Shown here piece after piece: positions 1-9,090 of a stretch of 64,000 nucleotides of DNA. This stretch comes from an uncultured Candidatus Saccharibacteria bacterium. GTDB lineage: Bacteria > Patescibacteriota > Saccharimonadia > Saccharimonadales > CAZVRA01. The stretch covers positions 79,021 through 143,020 of the forward strand of contig CAZVRA010000002.1 in assembly GCA_964630055.1 (NCBI GenBank). Reading direction: 5' to 3'. Under the pieces are notes generated by a model. The model did not search any database. It was not told the origin of the DNA and was given only the letters and a program-made list of their open reading frames with translations. The position numbers were made by a program, and so were the translations under genes. The first letter of the stretch is position 1. Every line of letters starts with the position of its first letter.

Positions 1-5
1 GCTGG

Positions 6-512
6 ATGGTCAAAGGTGGCAAGTTTGTGCCGTTTACCGCCGATGGCAGTATACAAATACCGGCCGACAATCAACTTTTGGTTCTGGGCGACCAAATGTA
101 CGTTTTTAACCAAACGCGTCTGGAGCAATTGTTTGGCTACAATGCCAAAAAGTACGGCATCGCCGAAAAAAAGATGGCCGAAATAGAAGCAAATTTCAGT
201 TTTAGTTTCGACACCGGTCTTAGTTGGCAAGAAATGTTCAAAGACCAAAAAACTCTGGTCAACAAATTACAAAAGTTGGAAATAGAGGGTGTTAACCAGG
301 ACGACCTAATGGACAGAGCCGAAGAGTTAGGGCTAGACTTAATGCGAGATAGCGATGGGTCCATAATAATTATGAGCCCCAAAGATTTGGCAAAGTTTAT
401 TAATTTACTTAACGACGACTATATGGAGTCGCCATTAACCGGCAAAAAATACGAAGTTCGCAGCAAAAAACCACTAAGGATTAAGCAGAGTGATGGCCAA
501 GAGGTGGTATGA
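6..512 (+). CDS. hypothetical protein (frame open to window edge, probably 5'-truncated)
   Basis: 168-aa track ORF with no stop back to nt 1. No signature motif I can name. A 10-nt gap to the next gene suggests co-transcription. Confidence 0.4.
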   Translation: MVKGGKFVPFTADGSIQIPADNQLLVLGDQMYVFNQTRLEQLFGYNAKKYGIAEKKMAEIEANFSFSFDTGLSWQEMFKDQKTLVNKLQKLEIEGVNQDDLMDRAEELGLDLMRDSDGSIIIMSPKDLAKFINLLNDDYMESPLTGKKYEVRSKKPLRIKQSDGQEVV

Positions 513-522
513 TAAGTAAGCA

Positions 523-1146
523 ATGCGAATAAGAAATTTTCGGCGTAAGCCACAGGCAGCTAAAGCTAACTTTGCGTTTATTGATAACCAAAATTTAAAT
601 TTGGGTATTCAAAAACAGGGTTGGAAAATGGACTGGCGCAAATTCCGCAAGCTGTTAGCAGAACAGTATAATGTGTCTAAGGCGTACATGTTTATTGGTC
701 ATATGCCAGAACACGAAGACATGTACATGCAGCTGCACGACGCTGGTTATTTAATTGTTCTTAAACCAACGTTTGATATGAGTCGGCCGCAAAAACCAGA
801 AGCAGCTGTTGGCTCAAAGAGCAGCTCCCAAGAAGAAAAAAAGCCAGTAAAAGGAAATGTTGATGCTGAGCTTGTGCTGTGGGCAGTAAAAGAGTTGCCA
901 AATTACGACAAAGCGGTGATTGTTTCGGGCGATGGTGACTTTTATAGTTTGGTGGAATACCTGGATAATCAAAAAAAATTGTTCAAGATACTGGCACCCA
1001 ATATGCAATATTCTAGCCTTTATAGCCCCTACAAAGCCTATATTGATAGGCTAGATACCCTACGCAACCAGCTAGCCTACCGGCATGGGCGCAAGGCGGT
1101 CAAACCTACTTCGGCTACAGACAGAGGCAACTCTACCGCTAGCTAG
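523..1146 (+). CDS. NYN domain (LabA/DUF88-like, PIN-fold) protein
   Basis: N-terminal FAFIDNQNL and C-terminal GNVDAELVLWAV...VIVSGDGDF motifs are typical of NYN/LabA-like nucleases. A Ser/Lys-rich insert lies between them. Confidence 0.6.
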   Translation: MRIRNFRRKPQAAKANFAFIDNQNLNLGIQKQGWKMDWRKFRKLLAEQYNVSKAYMFIGHMPEHEDMYMQLHDAGYLIVLKPTFDMSRPQKPEAAVGSKSSSQEEKKPVKGNVDAELVLWAVKELPNYDKAVIVSGDGDFYSLVEYLDNQKKLFKILAPNMQYSSLYSPYKAYIDRLDTLRNQLAYRHGRKAVKPTSATDRGNSTAS

Positions 1147-1184
1147 GCTAGGGTAATTAAACATTAGCAGTTATAATAACTGCC

Positions 1185-2462
1185 ATGAGTAGTCGGAATG
1201 TTTTTCCAAAAGATTTTTTTTGGGGTGTTAGTACAGCTAGCCATCAGGTAGAAGGTGGCACTGTTAACCAGTGGAGTGTTTGGGAGCTGGCTCATGCTAA
1301 ACAGCTGGCCAAAACAGCGCATGAGCGTATAGGCTATATGCCGGCTTGGGACGATATTAAAGATCAGGCTCAGGATCCGCGTAATTATGTTTCGGGCAAG
1401 GGTGTCGATCATTACAACCGCTACGAAGAAGACTTTGGGATTGCCAAGAAACTTCAGTTTAACTCCTTTCGCTTTGGCATTGAATGGTCTAGGATAGAGC
1501 CCAAAGAAGGGCGTTGGGACGAAAAAGAGATTGACCATTACCGAGATTATATTGCCGCCATGCAGGCCAATGGGTTAGAGCCGTTTTTGAATTTATGGCA
1601 TTGGACATTACCGACATGGTTTGACCAAAAAGGCGGCTTTAAGTCTAAGGCTAATCTAAAGTACTGGGATAGTTTTGTTCAGAAAATTGCCGACGAATTT
1701 GGCCAAGATGTCTACTATGTAATAACGCTTAATGAGCCTAATGTGTTTGCTAGTTTGGGCTATGCGGTGGGCGAATGGCCACCGCAAGAAAAAAGCTGGG
1801 TCGGCGCCTCTAAGGTTATATGGAACCTGGTTTTGGCACATAGGCGAGCATATAAAATTCTAAAGAAGGCTAATCCTAGGCTACAAATTGGCGTGGCTAC
1901 TCAGCTAGCCAACATACAGCCTCGTCGCCCGCAGAGTATATCTGATGTTGTAATGACCAGGTGGATGAGATTTTTTTGGAATTGGTTCTTTTTGGATCGT
2001 ATTAGAACTCAACAGGACTTTGTTGGGTTTAACTATTATTTTAGCGATTATTACCGCTTGCATCGTCGCGAAAACCCCAAAGCGCCCCTTAATGATTTGG
2101 GATGGTATATGGAGCCGGAAGGCTTGTACCCACTAATACGCCGCGTGTGGGATCATTACCACCTGCCAATTATAGTCACCGAAAATGGCGTCGCCGACCA
2201 TAGGGATCAGTATCGACAATGGTGGATAGAAGGAACAATGGTTGCTATGGAGCGGGCTTTAAGCGATGGCATTGATTTGCGAGGCTATTTTCATTGGAGT
2301 TTGCTTGATAATTTTGAATGGAAGTATGGCTGGTGGCCCAAGTTTGGCCTGGTGGCGGTAGACCGCGAGCGCGGTATGAAGCGCACTATTAGACCAAGTG
2401 CCCGTTGGTTTGCCAAAAAAATTGTCTCTATGAAGCACGGTTCGCGGTCGACAAAGCGCTAG
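1185..2462 (+). CDS. glycoside hydrolase family 1 beta-glucosidase
   Basis: N-terminal signature FPKDFFWGVSTASHQVEGG, acid/base TLNEPN, nucleophile IVTENG. Confidence 0.9.
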   Translation: MSSRNVFPKDFFWGVSTASHQVEGGTVNQWSVWELAHAKQLAKTAHERIGYMPAWDDIKDQAQDPRNYVSGKGVDHYNRYEEDFGIAKKLQFNSFRFGIEWSRIEPKEGRWDEKEIDHYRDYIAAMQANGLEPFLNLWHWTLPTWFDQKGGFKSKANLKYWDSFVQKIADEFGQDVYYVITLNEPNVFASLGYAVGEWPPQEKSWVGASKVIWNLVLAHRRAYKILKKANPRLQIGVATQLANIQPRRPQSISDVVMTRWMRFFWNWFFLDRIRTQQDFVGFNYYFSDYYRLHRRENPKAPLNDLGWYMEPEGLYPLIRRVWDHYHLPIIVTENGVADHRDQYRQWWIEGTMVAMERALSDGIDLRGYFHWSLLDNFEWKYGWWPKFGLVAVDRERGMKRTIRPSARWFAKKIVSMKHGSRSTKR

Positions 2463-2500
2463 CGCCATAAAATATAGCGGAGCACCATATGTAGTGTTTT

Positions 2501-2528
2501 ATCCACAGGCGGTATCGAGCCTGTGGAT
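2501..2528 (+). terminator. 10-bp perfect hairpin after the GH1 gene (no U-tract)
   Basis: atccacaggc / gcctgtggat arms with an 8-nt loop, 39 nt after the GH1 stop. It lacks a T-run, so terminator function is uncertain. Confidence 0.3.
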
Positions 2529-2571
2529 AACTCGCGTCATAAACGGCATTATAGTAAAAAAGTACTTGCAT

Positions 2572-2619
2572 GTGGGTAACCGTGGGTAGTATGCTCTTGT
2601 TAGTGGGTAATCGTGGGTA
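2572..2619 (+). promoter_or_regulatory. candidate MraZ operator: four GTGGGTA boxes in two 10-bp-spaced pairs
   Basis: GTGGGTA at 2572, 2582, 2603 and 2613. The two pairs form an 18-mer (GTGGGTAA[C/T]CGTGGGTAG) repeated 31 bp apart, 130-175 bp upstream of the mraZ ATG. Confidence 0.6.
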
Positions 2620-2747
2620 GCCCGATAAAACCGCTAGAACAAAAATTATTTCTAGCAGTAGGGCCAACCGAGTAAACCGCGGCACATCGTTTTTTGGAAA
2701 ACCAAAAAACAAACAAAACAAAAAATATTAATTAACGGGAAGGTGCG

Positions 2748-3107
2748 ATGGCGACAGTCGACTACTTCGAGCGAAAGCTTGATGACAAACGACGGTTAAC
2801 AATACCGTCTGAGTTGCGCTCAGAGTTTGCAAGTGGCGTGGTAGTGACTCGTGGCTTTGGTGCCTATATACACCTGTACCCCAAATCGGTTTGGGATGAG
2901 CAGGTCGAGCCGAAACTCCAAGGCAATATCTTGGATGAAAAGACGGCCGATTTGAACGTCCAGTTCCGTATGGGCAAGTGTGAAGGACCTCTGGATCAAA
3001 AACAGGGGCGAGTCACACTTGAACAGCATTTGCTGGATCATGCGCAAATCAAGCGCGAGGTTGTGGCAGTGCGAGCAGGGCGCTACTGGCGAATTTTAGC
3101 CAAGTAG
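2748..3107 (+). CDS. mraZ: transcriptional regulator MraZ (short form)
   Basis: Two DxxxR-type SpoVT/AbrB half-domains (LDDKRRLTIPSELR and LDQKQGRVTLEQHL). First gene of the dcw cluster, upstream of rsmH. Confidence 0.7.
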   Translation: MATVDYFERKLDDKRRLTIPSELRSEFASGVVVTRGFGAYIHLYPKSVWDEQVEPKLQGNILDEKTADLNVQFRMGKCEGPLDQKQGRVTLEQHLLDHAQIKREVVAVRAGRYWRILAK

Positions 3108-3487
3108 GTTTTCCGTAATTAAAGTCAGTAGGTTCTTTAACAATTCGGTTTGGTCCAGCAATAAACAAATTGCAAGATTATGGTTTGTTGTAAAACCAAA
3201 AAACCGATAGCAACTTCAAGGTCAGCTATTCGGCAGCCAGCAAGTGGACGAGGGATTACCACTTTAAAAACCCTAGCACCTTCAATCAAAACACCTCCCA
3301 AAACTCCACCTCACACATAAGTCTCTCATTGGCCAAAGAGCTCAAACGGACATAAGCTTTACAGGGCAACCTGCAAAAACAAATTGTCCACTATCTCGGC
3401 TCTTTAGTCACAAACAAAAACAAAAATTTACATACAAAACAAAAAGCTGTCTGCTGAATAGGTGATCTTGAAACAAAAACAAAAAAG

Positions 3488-4393
3488 ATGCACCAAAACA
3501 AAAATACATCACATCAACCAGTTCTGCTAGGCCAGGTACTTCATTATTTGGCACCGCAAACAGGTGAATCATACTTAGACTTAACGGCCGGTTATGGCGG
3601 TCATGCTGAGTCTATTATGCTTCGCGCAGGCGGCCGTAGCATATTGGTAGATCGTGATGACAATGCCACCGAATTTTTGGCCCAGCAATGGGGCGGCGAT
3701 CAGGTGGCAATCCGGCACCAAGATTTTTTGACGGCCAGTCAAGAACTCGCAGCCACCGGCGAACGGTTCGATATGATATTAGCCGATTTAGGCGTATCAT
3801 CACCGCACCTTAACATTGCAAGCCGAGGTTTTTCCATCTCCAGAGATGGTCCGCTGGATATGCGTATGGACAGGCAACAGTCTTTGACTGCTGCTAACAT
3901 AGTCAACGAATATTCGGTCGAAGATATTGCGCAAATTTTGCTGCGTTACGGCGAAGAGCCAAAAGCCCGACAAATAGCTGTAGCCATTGTGGCTGCTAGA
4001 CCGCTAGCAACAACCTCACAACTTGCAGAAATTGTTGCCAGAGCCTGGCGCAAAAAGGGAATGCACAAAGTGCATCCGGCGACCAGGACGTTTCAGGCGC
4101 TGCGCATAGCAGTTAACGATGAGCTTTCCCAGCTCGAGCAAGCTTTGCCGCTTTGGCATAAGCTATTGGCTCCTGGTGGGCGCTTGGCGGTAATAAGCTT
4201 CCATAGCCTAGAGGACAGGATAGTGAAGCAATATTTTGCCGAACATGCCGGAAATCGTTATGATGCTGATTTACGCCTGCTGACCAAGAAACCAGTTCAG
4301 GCAACAACCGAAGAAGTTATTTCTAATCCGCGGTCTCGAAGCGCTAAGCTTAGAGTCGCAGTGAAAATAAAAACAAAGAAAGGGGGACTTTGA
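3488..4393 (+). CDS. rsmH: 16S rRNA (cytosine1402-N4)-methyltransferase RsmH
   Basis: HQPVLLGQVL start, SAM-binding LDLTAGYGGHA, DLGVSSPHL and SFHSLEDRIVK motifs. dcw position. Confidence 0.9.
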   Translation: MHQNKNTSHQPVLLGQVLHYLAPQTGESYLDLTAGYGGHAESIMLRAGGRSILVDRDDNATEFLAQQWGGDQVAIRHQDFLTASQELAATGERFDMILADLGVSSPHLNIASRGFSISRDGPLDMRMDRQQSLTAANIVNEYSVEDIAQILLRYGEEPKARQIAVAIVAARPLATTSQLAEIVARAWRKKGMHKVHPATRTFQALRIAVNDELSQLEQALPLWHKLLAPGGRLAVISFHSLEDRIVKQYFAEHAGNRYDADLRLLTKKPVQATTEEVISNPRSRSAKLRVAVKIKTKKGGL

Positions 4394-4604
4394 TGCCAAT
4401 CCAGGTAAAAAGCACCTCTAGGGCTTACAAAGTACGCGTTCGCGTAATATAGCCCGAGCGGCGGCCGCCAAAAAAGCGGCCGCCACCAAAAAAATGCTAT
4501 AAAATAAAATGTTTTAGCCTGTAGCTTAACCGTTTGATCAAAAATCGGTTGGGCCGCAGCCTAAAACTAAAAAAACAAAACAAAAAACAAAAAGGACAAT
4601 AAAA

Positions 4605-4952
4605 ATGACATACTCCAGCTCCTTAGCCGCTAGTCGACAACAGTATGCCGCGCGAGGCCAAAATACCAAAAGTTTTCGCACTAACGAAAGAGTAATTGGC
4701 CCAGTTAGCAATACGATTATCTTGATAGTATTAGCTTGTATTTTGGGCCTCTTATATCTGACTCAGGTGACAAAAATTAATGCCTATGGCTACAAGATTA
4801 ATGATTTGCACAAGCAGCAAACAGAACTACAGCAAGAGCATGCCGAGCTGGAAGTGGCAGCAGCTCGCTTGCAAGCACTTAGCCGCGTGCGCGATAGTCA
4901 GCAGGCAAAAAGCTTGGTTTCGGTGGCTCCAACTGCTACCATAACCAATTAG
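4605..4952 (+). CDS. ftsL: FtsL-like cell-division membrane protein
   Basis: Lies between rsmH and ftsI. Single TM (IILIVLACILGLLYLTQV) followed by a heptad-like region (LHKQQTELQQEHAELEVAAARLQ). Confidence 0.55.
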   Translation: MTYSSSLAASRQQYAARGQNTKSFRTNERVIGPVSNTIILIVLACILGLLYLTQVTKINAYGYKINDLHKQQTELQQEHAELEVAAARLQALSRVRDSQQAKSLVSVAPTATITN

Positions 4953-4954
4953 AT

Positions 4955-6736
4955 ATGCTAACGCACAATAGTTTTCAAAATCAAACTTCGAAAATAGGCT
5001 CAACCCTTGGCAGGGTTCGTACATGGTATGGGCTAGTAATTTGTGTATTGGCAATTTTTGGCATACGGCTTTTTTATTTGCAAGTAATCCGTCATGACTT
5101 TTACAAAAAAGCCGCTTTGGCTGGTCAGTTAAAAGAATACCAAATACCGGCCGAACGGGGCATTCTAGAGGCGCATGATGGCGAAGCATTAATCCCGTTG
5201 GCACTTAACGAAAGACGCTATACTTTGTTTGCCGATCCAAAGTTTATTAAGGATCCAGCCAAAGTAGCTGGTGATGTTCAAAAAATTCTTGGCGGTAGTG
5301 CTAATGACTACGAATCTAAGATGAAGGCTAGTTCTAGGTATGCTGTTCTAGCTAAAAAGCTGCCAAAAGACCAGAAGCAGCGGCTGGATAAACTAAATGT
5401 AAAGGGACTAGGGACTAGGGATGAAATAGTCAGAATATACCCGCAAGGTGATTTAGCGGCTCAAGTTTTGGGGTTTGTCAATGACGAAGGCGAAGGTAAA
5501 TATGGCGTAGAGCAGGCTCTAGATAAGGACCTAAAGGGCACTAACGGCTATCTAAAGGCTATTACGGACGCTGGTGGCGTGCCTTTGGTGGCTAACAGAG
5601 ATAATATTATTAGCGAGGCTCATGCCGGCAAGAAGACTGTTCTTAGTCTCGACATATCGATGCAGCGGCAACTAGAAGACATACTAAAATCTGGTTTAGA
5701 AAAGTCCAGATCTGGCTCTGGTAGTGCGCTTATTTTGGATCCAAACACTGGCCAAGTAAAAGCCATGGCTAACTATCCAACATATAATCCGGCTGAGTTT
5801 TATAAGGTTGATGACGCTAGTGTTTTTAATAACGCAGCTGTCAGCTCACCGCTCGAGGTAGGGTCGATTATGAAGCCGTTAACGGCGGCCGCAGCGCTTG
5901 ATCTGGGGGTGGTCAAGAAAGATACGACCTACTACGATCCAAGCCGGTTTAATATAGACGACGCTACGGTTACTAATATTGAGGAAGATGGCGGAGCTGG
6001 CACTCGCAGCGTGGCTGACATACTTCAGCTTTCCTTAAACACTGGTGCGACCTGGTTGCTAATGCAAATGGGCGACGGGCATATCAATCAGAAGGCCCGC
6101 GATTCGTGGCATAATTTTATGGTCGAACATTATCGCTTATCCAAGCCTACTGGAATAGAGCAGGGTTATGAGGCCGAAGGCACAGTTCCCAGCCCTAAGA
6201 ATGAATCTGGAATTAATATTCAATATGCCAACACAGCTTTTGGGCAGGGTATGATGGCCACGCCGCTGCAAATGGGAGCCGCCTTGGCAGCGGTAATTAA
6301 TGGCGGGACGTATTACAAACCGACGCTTTTGGATCAACAGGCCGGTGACGACGGTAAGCTCCATAAGTTGGGTCCAAAAGTGGTACGTTCAAACGTGGTT
6401 TCGGGCCAGGTAAGTCAGAGCATGGTTGAACTAATGCAGCATGTAGTCGACAAGAACTACGCTACTTATAGTATGTCAAAGCCATCACCAAATTACATGA
6501 TTGGCGGCAAAACTGGTACGGCCGAGATAACTAAGCCTGGCGGTGGCTACTACTCGGATCGTTTTAATGGTACTTTTATGGGTTTTGTGGGAGGCAATAA
6601 GCCGCAGTATGTAATTGTGGTCAGGGTGAACGAGCCCAAAATAGGTGGTTATGCCGGGTCCAAGGCGGCCGCACCTATTTTTGGTAGCTTAAGTTCGATG
6701 TTGATTAATAATTTTGGCGTTACACCCAGACAATAG
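4955..6736 (+). CDS. ftsI: penicillin-binding protein / peptidoglycan D,D-transpeptidase FtsI
   Basis: N-terminal TM, SxxK (GSIMKP), SxN (SLNTG) and KTG (GKTGTA) motifs. dcw position. Confidence 0.85.
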   Translation: MLTHNSFQNQTSKIGSTLGRVRTWYGLVICVLAIFGIRLFYLQVIRHDFYKKAALAGQLKEYQIPAERGILEAHDGEALIPLALNERRYTLFADPKFIKDPAKVAGDVQKILGGSANDYESKMKASSRYAVLAKKLPKDQKQRLDKLNVKGLGTRDEIVRIYPQGDLAAQVLGFVNDEGEGKYGVEQALDKDLKGTNGYLKAITDAGGVPLVANRDNIISEAHAGKKTVLSLDISMQRQLEDILKSGLEKSRSGSGSALILDPNTGQVKAMANYPTYNPAEFYKVDDASVFNNAAVSSPLEVGSIMKPLTAAAALDLGVVKKDTTYYDPSRFNIDDATVTNIEEDGGAGTRSVADILQLSLNTGATWLLMQMGDGHINQKARDSWHNFMVEHYRLSKPTGIEQGYEAEGTVPSPKNESGINIQYANTAFGQGMMATPLQMGAALAAVINGGTYYKPTLLDQQAGDDGKLHKLGPKVVRSNVVSGQVSQSMVELMQHVVDKNYATYSMSKPSPNYMIGGKTGTAEITKPGGGYYSDRFNGTFMGFVGGNKPQYVIVVRVNEPKIGGYAGSKAAAPIFGSLSSMLINNFGVTPRQ

Positions 6737-6800
6737 TAGCGATAATTGGCATCGAGGTAGTATAATAGTAAGATAACCGCGAAAGAGAAAAATTATTAAC

Positions 6801-7841
6801 ATGGCTCCAATTAGTATTTTGGTTGACACAACGATAGTAGTTAGGATTTTGCTTTTGGGCTCTTTAGGATTTTTCCTTGGCATGGCGCTGACGCCTTTAT
6901 ATACGTCACTGGCTTATAAATATGAATGGTGGAAAAAACCTCGGACCACTACTGTTACAGGGGAGCAGGCCAAGGTTTTTACCAAACTGCACGCGGCCAA
7001 ACACCGACGACATATTCCCACCATGGCAGGCATAATTTTTGTTGTGGCCGTTGCGTTAATAACATTGTTTACCAATTTATCTAGGCCCGAAACCTGGCTG
7101 CCACTTGCTGCTTTTGCTGGTGCTGGTTTGGTCGGCTTGGTGGACGATATTATCAACGTTCGTGGTAATGGCCTAGGTGTAGCGGGACTGCCAGCAAAGG
7201 TTAAATTACTACTTATAACATTGATTGCTGTGGTAGGTGGTTGGTGGTTTTTTGCAAAGTTGGATGTTAATTCTATTCATGTGCCTTTTGTTGGAACATG
7301 GCATTTGGGCTGGTTGATTATACCTTTGTTCACTTTTGTGGTGGTGGCAACCGCTAACGCCGTCAATATAACTGATGGATTGGATGGATTGGCGGGTGGA
7401 TTGGCGGTCATGGCTTATAGTGCCTATGCTGTGATTGCTTTTATGGAGCAGCGGTTTGGTATCGCCGGCTTTTGTCTAACTATTGTTGGAGCGCTGTTGT
7501 CTTATACCTGGTTCAATATTTTCCCGGCTAGGTTTTTTATGGGAGATGTGGGTTCATTTGCCTTGGGCACCGGGTTAGGGGTAATCGCCATGTTGACTAA
7601 TACGGTTTTACTTTTGCCAATTATTGGTTTGGTTTTTGTGGCAGAGGCAGGTTCGGTTATTCTGCAAGTTATATCCAAAAAACTAAGGAACGGCAAAAAG
7701 ATATTTAGAGTGTCGCCGCTGCATCATCATTTTGAGGCCAGTGGTTGGCCGGAAGCAAAAGTTACCATGCGTTTTTGGGTAATTGGCCAGGTTTGTGCCT
7801 TCTGCGGCCTGCTGCTATTTATACTGGGGAAGTACCTGTAA
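6801..7841 (+). CDS. mraY: phospho-N-acetylmuramoyl-pentapeptide transferase MraY
   Basis: Polytopic protein with NAVNITDGLDGLA and PLHHHFE motifs. Confidence 0.9.
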   Translation: MAPISILVDTTIVVRILLLGSLGFFLGMALTPLYTSLAYKYEWWKKPRTTTVTGEQAKVFTKLHAAKHRRHIPTMAGIIFVVAVALITLFTNLSRPETWLPLAAFAGAGLVGLVDDIINVRGNGLGVAGLPAKVKLLLITLIAVVGGWWFFAKLDVNSIHVPFVGTWHLGWLIIPLFTFVVVATANAVNITDGLDGLAGGLAVMAYSAYAVIAFMEQRFGIAGFCLTIVGALLSYTWFNIFPARFFMGDVGSFALGTGLGVIAMLTNTVLLLPIIGLVFVAEAGSVILQVISKKLRNGKKIFRVSPLHHHFEASGWPEAKVTMRFWVIGQVCAFCGLLLFILGKYL

Positions 7842-7842
7842 T

Positions 7843-9090
7843 ATGAATCAAAGGGTGGTGAGACGGCCAGTATTAAGGCCAGGTTCTACTCCCAGGCGGC
7901 ATCAACCCGACTACATTTTGTTGTTGCTTAGTGTGGGGCTTATGACGATTGGCATGGTGGTGATTTATGCCATTAGTCCAGGTTTGGCGGCCCAAAAAAA
8001 TGTTAGCGAAAACTACTACGCCAGCAAACAAATTATATCTGTTCTTATGGGTATCGCTGCCTTTATGATTACTTCGCACATACCGATATCGGTTTGGCAG
8101 AGATTCGAGCGTCCATTGCTTTATGTGGCGGCTATGGCAGCTGTGGTAGTGCGAGTTTTTGGCGAAGAAGTCAACGGGGCCTATAGGTGGATTCAGGTGG
8201 CAGGTGTGTCGTTTCAGGCTGCCGAGCTTATTAAGTTTGCACTACTGGTTTGGTTGGCCGGATTTTTAGCCCAACGGATTAAAAGCGGCCTAGTACGAGA
8301 TTGGCAGGCAACACTAAAGCCGTTACTAGTAGTTTTAGCAATAATTGCCGTGGTGGTTGCTAAGGTGCAAAGTGACCTTGGATCGGCGGCGGTTATGACT
8401 GCTATGATTGCAGCTATGGTTTTTGTGTCTGGAGTTTCTATAAAAAAATTGGCAATGGTGGGCACAATTGTTTTAGTTGCCACGGCTATTTTAATTAGCA
8501 CTACTAGTTATCGACGCAACCGATTAGCAACTTTTCTTAATCCATCGCGCGACTGCCAATCGACAGGCTACCAAGCATGCCAAGCCTTAATTGCGGTTGG
8601 ATCGGGAGGTATGATTGGTCTAGGCTTGGGGCGCAGTGTACAGGCATATGGCTATTTGCCAGAGGCCTCCAACGACTCTATTTTTGCTATTATGGCCGAG
8701 AAATTTGGTTTTGTTGGTACGGCTTTAGTTCTGGGCATGTTTGGGCTGCTGTTTAGCCGGTTAAAAAATATTATTGAACGAACATCCGATACCTATAGTC
8801 GCTTACTAGTGGTAGGCGTTTTGGCCTGGTTGAGTACGCAAACTATCATTAACATTGGAGCCATGATCGGCATGTTGCCCCTAAAAGGCATAACATTGCC
8901 TTTGATCAGCTCGGGCGGTACAAGCTTAATCTTTATCTGTGGGGCTATTGGTATGGTTTTCCAGATTTCGCGGTATACTAATTACAGTGTTTTAAGTAAC
9001 GACATAGATCAGGAGAATACATCCAATGACAATATTACTGGTAGGCGGCGGGTCAGGGGGGCATATCACCCCGGTATTGGCAGTCGCTGA
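7843..9090 (+). CDS. ftsW: SEDS-family peptidoglycan glycosyltransferase FtsW
   Basis: 10-TM profile with GITLPLISSGGTS motif. I use the ATG at 7843 (1 nt after the mraY stop) instead of the track start 7783, which overlaps mraY. Confidence 0.85.
   Translation: MNQRVVRRPVLRPGSTPRRHQPDYILLLLSVGLMTIGMVVIYAISPGLAAQKNVSENYYASKQIISVLMGIAAFMITSHIPISVWQRFERPLLYVAAMAAVVVRVFGEEVNGAYRWIQVAGVSFQAAELIKFALLVWLAGFLAQRIKSGLVRDWQATLKPLLVVLAIIAVVVAKVQSDLGSAAVMTAMIAAMVFVSGVSIKKLAMVGTIVLVATAILISTTSYRRNRLATFLNPSRDCQSTGYQACQALIAVGSGGMIGLGLGRSVQAYGYLPEASNDSIFAIMAEKFGFVGTALVLGMFGLLFSRLKNIIERTSDTYSRLLVVGVLAWLSTQTIINIGAMIGMLPLKGITLPLISSGGTSLIFICGAIGMVFQISRYTNYSVLSNDIDQENTSNDNITGRRRVRGAYHPGIGSR

Noticed and set aside
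3179-3355. 58-aa ORF in the mraZ-rsmH spacer.
   Set aside because: It has no RBS and a low-complexity Lys/Thr/Pro/Ser product. It is likely a chance ORF.
7783-7842. Track start of the ftsW ORF 60 nt upstream, overlapping mraY.
   Set aside because: The N-terminal 20 residues are Cys/Tyr-rich and non-conserved-looking. The ATG at 7843 lies 1 nt after the mraY stop and begins a typical basic cytoplasmic N-terminus.
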